From an uncultured Candidatus Saccharibacteria bacterium (GTDB taxonomy: Bacteria; Patescibacteriota; Minisyncoccia; JAHISW01; Tagabacteraceae), in contig CAZPYD010000002.1 of NCBI GenBank assembly GCA_964590835.1, positions 1-60,362 on the forward strand: 60,362 nt of DNA, written 5' to 3'. A model generated the notes under the pieces. The model made no database searches, was not told the DNA's origin, and was given only the letters and a program-made list of their open reading frames with translations. A program made the translations under genes and the position numbers. The stretch's first letter is position 1; the number at the start of each line of letters is the position of its first letter. Of this stretch, positions 19,778-27,039 are shown one piece after another.

Positions 19778-21205
19778 ATGTTAAAGAAAAATAATAATTT
19801 GGGTTATTTTCGTTTTAAAAAAACAGGAAATGAGTATCTTTTAACAAACGATGCAGGTGATTTTTTGTTTTTGAAAGAAAAAGATTTTAACAGTTTTTTA
19901 GACGATAATTTAGATAAAGATAAAGAACCTTATTTATCTTTGAAAGAAAAAAATTTTGTAAAAGATGAGATGGATCTTGCTAGTTGTATAGACAAATATC
20001 GCTCTAAAAATAAATTTTTATTTGGTGGACCTAGTTTGCATATTATAGTAGTAACTCAAAGGTGTAACCACTGTTGTGTTTATTGTCATGCCAGCGCTCA
20101 GTCTATGGATAAAGAAGGTCTTGATATGGACAAAGAAACGGCTAAACAGGTAGTTGATAAAATCTTTCAAACCACAAGTCACTTTGTGGCAATTGAGTTT
20201 CAGGGTGGGGAGCCTTTGGTAAATTGGGATATTATAAAATTTATTATTGAATATGCCAAGAAAAAAAACAAACAAGCAAAAAAAGATTTGCAACTTAGAT
20301 TGGTTTCCAATTTTTCCTTAATGACCGAAGAAAAGTTTCAGTATTTGATTAAAAATAAAGTAAGTTTTTGTATTTCAATAGATGGACCGGAAAAAGTTCA
20401 TAATAAAAATCGTCCTATGGTTGGAGGTAACAGCTATAAACATGCAATAAAGTGGGCTAAGAAGTTTAATGATCTATACCCTAAGTTAAAAAAGAAAAAG
20501 TATATTTTTAAAATGGGATTGGCTGTTACCACAAGTCGTTTTTCTTTGCCTTACTATAAAGAAATAATAGATAAATATATCAAGTTAGGATTTACTGGTG
20601 TTTATTTGAGGCCCTTAAATCCTTTTGGCTTTACGAAAAAACATTTTAAACAAATTGGTTATACTGTTGACGAATATATGGAATTTTATAAAAATGCCCT
20701 TTCTTATATAATCCAGTTGAATTTAAAAGGGAAGGAGGTGACAGAAAAAATGGCGGTTACATTTTTAACAAAGATTTTAACTGATGGTGACCCCAATCAT
20801 TTAGATTTTAGGTCTCCTTGTGGTGCCGGTATTGGTCAGTTAGCTTATAATTACAATGGTAATGTTTACACTTGTGATGAGGGTAGAATGATGAGCATGA
20901 TGGGGGATGAGAGTTTTTGTTTGGGTAATGTTACAGAGAACAGTTATCAAGAAATAGTTGGTAGTCCTGTTACAAGGACAATGTGTACCGCATCGTGTTT
21001 AGATGGTTTGGCAGGTTGTAGTGACTGTGTTTATAAGCCATATTGTGGAGTTTGCCCTATATATAATTATTCTGAACAGGGAAATATTTTTGGACAAATG
21101 CCTGATAATGAGCGCTGTAAAATAAATAAGGCTACTTTGGATTTCTTGTTTGAAAAATTAAAAGACGAAAAAACAAGGCTTATTTTTGAGAAGTGGGTGA
21201 AATAA
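19778..21205 (+). CDS. hxsB: radical SAM/SPASM maturase, HxsB-like
   Basis: CNHCCVYC provides a CX3CX2C, followed by EFQGGEPL. It has a full SPASM end (CGAG...YTCDEG...CSDCVYKPYCGVCP) and an N-terminal extension of about 85 aa. It is adjacent to the His-Xaa-Ser repeat gene. Confidence 0.7.
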   Translation: MLKKNNNLGYFRFKKTGNEYLLTNDAGDFLFLKEKDFNSFLDDNLDKDKEPYLSLKEKNFVKDEMDLASCIDKYRSKNKFLFGGPSLHIIVVTQRCNHCCVYCHASAQSMDKEGLDMDKETAKQVVDKIFQTTSHFVAIEFQGGEPLVNWDIIKFIIEYAKKKNKQAKKDLQLRLVSNFSLMTEEKFQYLIKNKVSFCISIDGPEKVHNKNRPMVGGNSYKHAIKWAKKFNDLYPKLKKKKYIFKMGLAVTTSRFSLPYYKEIIDKYIKLGFTGVYLRPLNPFGFTKKHFKQIGYTVDEYMEFYKNALSYIIQLNLKGKEVTEKMAVTFLTKILTDGDPNHLDFRSPCGAGIGQLAYNYNGNVYTCDEGRMMSMMGDESFCLGNVTENSYQEIVGSPVTRTMCTASCLDGLAGCSDCVYKPYCGVCPIYNYSEQGNIFGQMPDNERCKINKATLDFLFEKLKDEKTRLIFEKWVK

Positions 21206-21268
21206 TTTTGTAAATTAAATAAGAAATGTAAGTTATACACAATTTTCGGTTTTTATTTCATGACTTTT

Positions 21269-21277
21269 TGTTATAAT
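21269..21277 (+). promoter_or_regulatory. extended -10 promoter element (TGtTATAAT) for the repeat-protein gene
   Basis: TGTTATAAT ends 11 nt before ATG 21289, implying a very short leader. Confidence 0.35.
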
Positions 21278-21288
21278 TAAAGAAAACA

Positions 21289-21654
21289 ATGGCTAAAAAG
21301 AAAAAACTTAAACTACCTCAAATTAAAAAAGACATAAAAGCTTTTTTGACTAGTGAGGAAGGCAAGATAAACAAAAAAGATGCAGCTAAAATTGCTTTGG
21401 GTGTATTGTCCCTAGGTATTGTTTTAGCTGGGGCAATGAAGGCAGATCCAACTTCTGCTGCTTGTTCACATGCTTCACATGGTTCACATGGCTCACATGG
21501 TAGTCATGGTTCACACGGTAGTCATGGTTCTCATGGTTCACACGGTAGTCATGGTTCTCATGGTTCACACGGTAGTCATGGTAGTCATGGTTCTCACGGC
21601 TCTCATGGTTCTCATGGAAGTCACGGTTCTCATAGTTCGCATAGCGCTTATTAA
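21289..21654 (+). CDS. hxsA: His-Xaa-Ser repeat protein (HxsA-like): Lys-rich N-terminus, one TM/signal helix, 20 Ser-His-Xaa triplets
   Basis: The sequence runs AAKIALGVLSLGIVLAGAM-KADPTSAAC, then 1 SHA, 17 SHG and 2 SHS triplets, then AY. Confidence 0.8.
   Translation: MAKKKKLKLPQIKKDIKAFLTSEEGKINKKDAAKIALGVLSLGIVLAGAMKADPTSAACSHASHGSHGSHGSHGSHGSHGSHGSHGSHGSHGSHGSHGSHGSHGSHGSHGSHGSHSSHSAY
21466..21645 (+). repeat. 9-bp coding tandem repeat (20 units) with a 27-bp higher-order unit
   Basis: Units are (tca|agt|tct|tcg)(cat|cac)(ggt|ggc|gga|gct|agt|agc). The 27-mer agtcatggttctcatggttcacacggt occurs twice in perfect tandem. Confidence 0.95.
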
Positions 21655-21662
21655 AATATTAA

Positions 21663-22598
21663 ATGAAATCCTTAAATTTAAATAAATTTTTAATAACCAT
21701 ATTAGTGCTTATTGTTATTGTTTTAGGTGTTACTTTTTGGTTTAAGGTTTATCCTCCAATAGCTGATATTTCTCCGGAAGCGGTTGAAAAAAAATGCACA
21801 GAAGAAACAATCCAAATGACAGATGATGAGTTAATTGGACAAATTGATAATTTAAAATATCCAGAAAAAATTACAGGTGTTATTAGTAGCAGAACAGGAT
21901 TGGAGCATGATAGAAAATCATTGACACAAAATTTAATGGTAGAGTATTTGATTTGTAAAGCAAAAACAAACCCCGAAGATAAGAGTTTTTATGATAGAGC
22001 TCAAGAATATATTTCAGAGAAAATGATTTTAGGGGACAAGGGTGAGCAGGCAAAACAAGAAATATTAGATTCATTGAATAGTGCCGTAGAACAGCCTTTT
22101 GTCAATTTTTTAAACATGGTGGAATTAGAAATGATTTTAGAAGATAGAGAGAGGCAGGCAAAACAAGAGGTTTCTGATTCGTTGGATGGTGTCGCTGGAC
22201 AACCTTTTGTTAATTTTTTAAATATAGTGGCATTGGGAAACTTAGAAAAACTTTGTCCAGGCGAATTACCTAAGATATGTCGAAAAAGCTTAGAGGATCT
22301 TGGTGAAAAGAACCAAGCCTTATTTTCTAGTTGTGATTCTTTGTGTAATTATAAAAATTGGACCCCAGACCTTAAGTTAGAGATAGAGGATCCTATTGAG
22401 TTTCAAAGTAGATATCAAACAGAAGTAGCTTTTGCTTATAGATTTGGAGGTAGTGAATTAGCTTTACTTTTTTGTGATGATATTAAAGAAGAAAGTAGAA
22501 AAAAGGATTGCTTAAATCTTATTAAAAGATTTAATTATTTACAAAACTGTGATCTTCATAAAGAGAAGTTGGCTGATTTGATTTGTGTTGTTGATTAG
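21663..22598 (+). CDS. membrane-anchored Cys-containing hypothetical protein with internal 36-aa duplication
   Basis: N-terminal TM helix (FLITILVLIVIVLGVTFWF). Residues 121-153 and 157-189 are repeats (MILGDKGEQAKQE..QPFVNFLNMV / MILEDRERQAKQE..QPFVNFLNIV). Confidence 0.7.
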   Translation: MKSLNLNKFLITILVLIVIVLGVTFWFKVYPPIADISPEAVEKKCTEETIQMTDDELIGQIDNLKYPEKITGVISSRTGLEHDRKSLTQNLMVEYLICKAKTNPEDKSFYDRAQEYISEKMILGDKGEQAKQEILDSLNSAVEQPFVNFLNMVELEMILEDRERQAKQEVSDSLDGVAGQPFVNFLNIVALGNLEKLCPGELPKICRKSLEDLGEKNQALFSSCDSLCNYKNWTPDLKLEIEDPIEFQSRYQTEVAFAYRFGGSELALLFCDDIKEESRKKDCLNLIKRFNYLQNCDLHKEKLADLICVVD

Positions 22599-22631
22599 TT
22601 TGTTTTGTAAAAATTAAAATTTTCTAATTAT

Positions 22632-22658
22632 TACTACATTGAAGTAGTATTTTTTTTG
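22632..22658 (+). terminator. weak terminator-like hairpin plus T8
   Basis: tactac-attgaa-gtagta followed by tttttttt. Confidence 0.35.
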
Positions 22659-22718
22659 GTTTAATATTTAAATATATTGGTATTGGTTAAAAATAAAGAT
22701 AAACATTAAATATAAACC

Positions 22719-23636
22719 ATGTCTTATAGATTTGTTTTTTATGAAAATAAACATAAAGATAAATTAAACAAATATTTAAAAAAAATAGAACCAAGTTTTA
22801 AATATATACCTTTTTTATTTTCTTTAGATAGCTTGCTTGTATTGTCACAATATAAAAAGGTTTTTTTGATTTTAAAAAACAACAAAGTTGTCAATGTGGG
22901 TTATTTAAATATTTGTAAAAATCATGCCAGGTTTTTGTTTGAATTACCAAAAATTGATTATGATTTTTTAAAAAATGTACACAGTATTGCTGTATCATTT
23001 TTAAAAATTAATTTTAATTATAATGATTATGTTTTTTTAAATGAGAATATAATTGATATTAAAAAACTTTTAAAATTAGAAGAAAATAGTTTTAGAAATA
23101 TAAGGAAAAAGATAAAACAATTTAAAAAACTTTATCCTAAAATAGAGATTACAGCTTTTGATTGTAGGAAACATTTAGAGAATGATTTTTTTATTTTTTT
23201 TAATCGGTGGGTGCAAAATTATATAAAAAAAGGAAAAACTCCTTGTTTATTTTTAGACAAAGAATATTTAAAGCATATTTACGGTAATGGTATGAAAACT
23301 AATTGTTTTAGAGGTCTAATTGCAAAAGAAGAAAACAAGATAGTGGGTTTTATTTTTTATATAATTTCTCCTGGCCACAACCAAGCAATAAATCTTGCTC
23401 AAAAAACTTTTTATAAATATAAAGGATTAAATGAATTTTTGCTTTATGAAGCAAGTAGAATTTTGTGGGAAGAGGATGATATTAGATACATTAACATTGG
23501 TCCTTCCAGAGATGAGGGTGTATTAAATTTTAAAAGGAAATTTAATACAGAAATAATTCCTTCGTTTACGATAGTACTTAAGGGTTTTGGAAAAGAAGAT
23601 AAATCTTTTTGGTATGCAGATCATTTTAATAAGTAG
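22719..23636 (+). CDS. GNAT-fold acyl/aminoacyl-transferase-like protein (DUF2156 / FemAB-like)
   Basis: Its C-terminal half (GLIAKEENKIVGFIFY...YKGLNEFLLYEA...INIGPSRDEGVLNFKRKFN) resembles the MprF C-terminal/DUF2156 pattern. Confidence 0.35.
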   Translation: MSYRFVFYENKHKDKLNKYLKKIEPSFKYIPFLFSLDSLLVLSQYKKVFLILKNNKVVNVGYLNICKNHARFLFELPKIDYDFLKNVHSIAVSFLKINFNYNDYVFLNENIIDIKKLLKLEENSFRNIRKKIKQFKKLYPKIEITAFDCRKHLENDFFIFFNRWVQNYIKKGKTPCLFLDKEYLKHIYGNGMKTNCFRGLIAKEENKIVGFIFYIISPGHNQAINLAQKTFYKYKGLNEFLLYEASRILWEEDDIRYINIGPSRDEGVLNFKRKFNTEIIPSFTIVLKGFGKEDKSFWYADHFNK

Positions 23637-23744
23637 TTTTTAGTAATGATCACTGTTGCTTTATTTGTTGGTGTTGCTGTGGTTGTTGTTGAGTTTAAGT
23701 GATATTATTATAATATTTATAATTGGAGTTTAATTAGTGTTGTT

Positions 23745-24710
23745 ATGAGAAAAATATTCTTATTGTATAAGATGACATACAGGTGTAATGATTCTTGTCC
23801 TTTTTGTTTAGATTATGAACAAATCCAAAAAAACACAGGGAATCTTTCTTTAGTTGATTTTAAAAAAAATTTAGATTTTTTTTTAAAAAAAGCAGAAATT
23901 AAAAAGGTAATTCTTACCGGAGGAGAACCCACATTGCATCCGAATTTTTTTGAGATTTTATCATATATTAAAGCTCAAAACATACCTTTTTCTATTATCA
24001 CTAATGCAATAAAATTTACAGACAAAGGTTTTTTAAAAAGAACTAAGAGTTATTTTCCAAATATTTCTTGTGGTGATGTTAATACTATATATTTTTCACT
24101 GAATGATGTTTCAAATAAAACTGATAATACAAAAAAGGGGGAAATTTTAAAAAAAAGAATAGAAGGAATAAAAAATTTGGCAAAATCTGATTTTCCTTTA
24201 TCGGCTATTGTAACCATAAACCAAGAAAATAAGAATAATTTAGGGGAGTTAATGAAATTTTTAATTAACCTAAAATCAGAATTTGATTTTAATTTTAGGT
24301 TAGTAGAGTTTAGAATTCTTTATTCTTTATTAACGCCAATAAAAATATTTAAAAATAATTTTATTGATTCGATCGATGACATCAGGGAATCTTTAGAGAA
24401 AAACCTAACACATCTAAGGCGAAGCAATATTAATTATGTTTTATGGAACTTTCCTTTTTGTTATTTTAAAGACCCGCAAAGTCATGCTGATATTTTATTA
24501 AAAGATAGGCTTGAGGCGAAAATTGTTAAAATTGATTATTCTCATCAATGTAGCCACGCAGACTCTCTTGGGTGGAAAAAACATCTAAAAGATAATTTAT
24601 TTTGCGGGAATTGTGATTTAAATGATTATTGTAGTGGAATTGAGAGAGATTATATTGATTTATATGGATATCCTAGTTTAAAAACTATTAAATACAATAA
24701 TAAACAATAA
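23745..24710 (+). CDS. radical SAM protein with C-terminal Cys module
   Basis: CNDSCPFC, LTGGEPTL, FPFC...CGNCDLNDYCSG. Confidence 0.85.
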   Translation: MRKIFLLYKMTYRCNDSCPFCLDYEQIQKNTGNLSLVDFKKNLDFFLKKAEIKKVILTGGEPTLHPNFFEILSYIKAQNIPFSIITNAIKFTDKGFLKRTKSYFPNISCGDVNTIYFSLNDVSNKTDNTKKGEILKKRIEGIKNLAKSDFPLSAIVTINQENKNNLGELMKFLINLKSEFDFNFRLVEFRILYSLLTPIKIFKNNFIDSIDDIRESLEKNLTHLRRSNINYVLWNFPFCYFKDPQSHADILLKDRLEAKIVKIDYSHQCSHADSLGWKKHLKDNLFCGNCDLNDYCSGIERDYIDLYGYPSLKTIKYNNKQ

Positions 24711-24712
24711 AA

Positions 24713-25909
24713 ATGTTTAGTTCATTCATTAAAGGACAAAAATTATATATAAATGATAGGCATGAAGAAAAGGACACAGAAAATGAAGATAGAGAAAAAT
24801 TATATGATAAAAAAATCTTATCTTTGCTGGAAAGGGGAGATGTAGCAATATTTGGTGCTAAAATAAATCAATTTTTGTGGGATTATTATCGAAAGCTAGG
24901 TCTGGCCAAGATTAAAAAAGACGACATTTTTTTTGTTAGTGACTTTTTGGGTTACAAGTCATTAACGAAAGCCTTACTTGAAGACAAGATTTTATTAGAA
25001 GAATTCAAAAAAAGAAAATTTGATTTTATTTCGCCATATATAGAAAGTGAATCGACTCGAAAGTTGGCAGAAAAAATAAACTCCAGGTTATATAGGGATT
25101 CAGAAATAACAAGTTGGTTTAATAATAAAATAAAATATCGAAAGTTATTAGAAGATTGCGGCTTGCCAGCTATTTCTGGATATAAAGTAGAAAATAAAAA
25201 AGAGATCAGAAAAGCTTATGATAAATTGAAAAAACAAGGTTTTGAAAAAGTTGTTTTAAAAAAAGGTAGATCGGTAGCAGGGTTTGGTATTTGGAAAGTA
25301 GAAAATATTGATAAGTTAGATTTGAATAAAAATGAAGAATATTTATTGGAGGGTTTTGTTGAAAAAATATTTCTTTCTCCAAATGTTCAGTATTTTATTG
25401 GGCGAGATGATATAAAATTTCTTACGGCGACAGATCAGATTTTTGGTGAAAGCGGTTTTGATCATAAGGGGAATATTTTTCCGTCCAGGTTAGAAAAATT
25501 ACCGGAATTAAAACAAAAAATACTTAATTATTCTCAAAAAGTTTGTGATTATTTGCAAAACAAGAAGTGTTTTGGTTTTGTTGGTATAGATTTTATTATT
25601 ACACAAAATCAGGATGTTTATTCTTGTGAATGTAATGTAAGATTAAACTCAAGCACCTTTCCTTTTTTTATAGTATCTAAGTTGTTTCCAGAACAGAATG
25701 TGAGCTGGCATAGCTTTACTTTAAAAACACAACCTATTGAGTTTGAGGATTTTTACAGAAAAAACAAAAAGTTATTTATCAATAGAATTGGTGATTATGG
25801 GATATTTCCTGTTGACATTGATTTGTTGAATAGTTATGGAGAAGGGCAGTTTTTTGCTGTTCACAAAACTAATAAAAAAGTAAAAGAATTAATAAATAAA
25901 ATAAATTAA
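24713..25909 (+). CDS. ATP-grasp family ligase
   Basis: VVLKKGRSVAGFGIWKV and GFVGIDFIIT....VYSCECNVRLN (an E-x-N Mg/ATP motif). Confidence 0.7.
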   Translation: MFSSFIKGQKLYINDRHEEKDTENEDREKLYDKKILSLLERGDVAIFGAKINQFLWDYYRKLGLAKIKKDDIFFVSDFLGYKSLTKALLEDKILLEEFKKRKFDFISPYIESESTRKLAEKINSRLYRDSEITSWFNNKIKYRKLLEDCGLPAISGYKVENKKEIRKAYDKLKKQGFEKVVLKKGRSVAGFGIWKVENIDKLDLNKNEEYLLEGFVEKIFLSPNVQYFIGRDDIKFLTATDQIFGESGFDHKGNIFPSRLEKLPELKQKILNYSQKVCDYLQNKKCFGFVGIDFIITQNQDVYSCECNVRLNSSTFPFFIVSKLFPEQNVSWHSFTLKTQPIEFEDFYRKNKKLFINRIGDYGIFPVDIDLLNSYGEGQFFAVHKTNKKVKELINKIN

Positions 25910-25911
25910 AT

Positions 25912-27036
25912 ATGTATGTTTTGGGGATAGATACAATTTTACATGATTTTTGTGTGGCTGTTACCAAAGATAATAAGGTTTTGAGCAGTATAGTGGTACA
26001 TAGAAGAATGAGTGATTTTAGAGGGGAGTTGTTAAGATTACCTCTTTTAAATATTCAAGATGTGGGAAAAATAATAAATCTAGCAATTAAAAAAGCTAAA
26101 ATTAATTTAACAGATATTTCTTTAATATCTGTTAACAATAAAGGGAGTTTATTTTCTAATATTATTATCGGGATAACATCTGGAAATTTACTTAGTGAAA
26201 TATATGGGATACCGATTGTTGAAGTAGAACATCAAGCAGCTCATATTTTTTCAAATTGGATAAACAAAAAGGAAAAAGATAAAATTTCCTTTCCTGTTAT
26301 AGTTTTTAGCGCATCAGGAGGGCATACATCAATAAATCTTATTAAGAAAAATAACTTTAAATATCAAGTTTTATACGATAACAGTGGGATAGAAAATAAA
26401 AAAGGGGAAAAGCCAAATTTTTTAGGTGTTGGGACGTTGTTTAGCGATATGGCTATTATTTTAGGTTTTGAAAAATCCAAAAAGAGAAATAGGGGGGATG
26501 GTAATTTGATTTCTGGTTTGGCTAAAAGAGGTAGGGAAAATAAGTATGATTTTTTTGGGAATTATAAAAAAGAAAATAATGTTTATGATTTTAATTTTTT
26601 AAATATAAGAAAGTATATTTTATCTAAAATTAAAAAAAAGTTGAAAGCTAATAAAACTGTTTCTTTGCAAAAAAAGGCAGATATTGCTTTGGGGTTTGAG
26701 AACTTTATATCTGATATTATTATAGAAAACGTCCTTTTTTGGGTTAAAAAGCATAAAGCTAAGGAGGTTCATTTTGTTGGGGGAGTGTCTGCAAACTCAA
26801 CACTTCGGAAAAAAGTTAAAAAAATTTTTAAAAAAAGAGAGGTAGTGCTTAGAATAGCTGATAAGAAATATTGTACAGATAATGGGGGTATGATATCAGT
26901 TTTAGGATTTTACAAATATATAAATAACAAAAATAAATATAAAAAACAAAGAAAAGTAAAATTAGAATCAGATTTTAAACTAGAAAAAATTGCAATTGAT
27001 CAATTTTTTAATAAACCAAAAAGAAAAAATATTTAG
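25912..27036 (+). CDS. Kae1/TsaD (ASKHA) family protein, copy 1
   Basis: VLGIDT, HQAAH (HxxxH metal motif), GGVSANSTLRKK, CTDNGGMI. Confidence 0.7.
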   Translation: MYVLGIDTILHDFCVAVTKDNKVLSSIVVHRRMSDFRGELLRLPLLNIQDVGKIINLAIKKAKINLTDISLISVNNKGSLFSNIIIGITSGNLLSEIYGIPIVEVEHQAAHIFSNWINKKEKDKISFPVIVFSASGGHTSINLIKKNNFKYQVLYDNSGIENKKGEKPNFLGVGTLFSDMAIILGFEKSKKRNRGDGNLISGLAKRGRENKYDFFGNYKKENNVYDFNFLNIRKYILSKIKKKLKANKTVSLQKKADIALGFENFISDIIIENVLFWVKKHKAKEVHFVGGVSANSTLRKKVKKIFKKREVVLRIADKKYCTDNGGMISVLGFYKYINNKNKYKKQRKVKLESDFKLEKIAIDQFFNKPKRKNI

Positions 27037-27039
27037 TTT

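Noticed and set aside
21466-21645. Possible CRISPR array or non-coding satellite
   Set aside because: The unit is only 9 bp, with no spacers. It stays in frame for 180 nt inside a clear ORF, with synonymous variation.
21386-21685. Track ORFs 21386..21568 (-) and 21470..21685 (+) overlapping the repeat gene
   Set aside because: They are alternative-frame or antisense readings of the 9-bp tandem repeat (MVHMAHMVVM..., NHENHDYRV...). Only the frame with an RBS-less but promoter-proximal ATG, a signal helix and SHG triplets makes biological sense.
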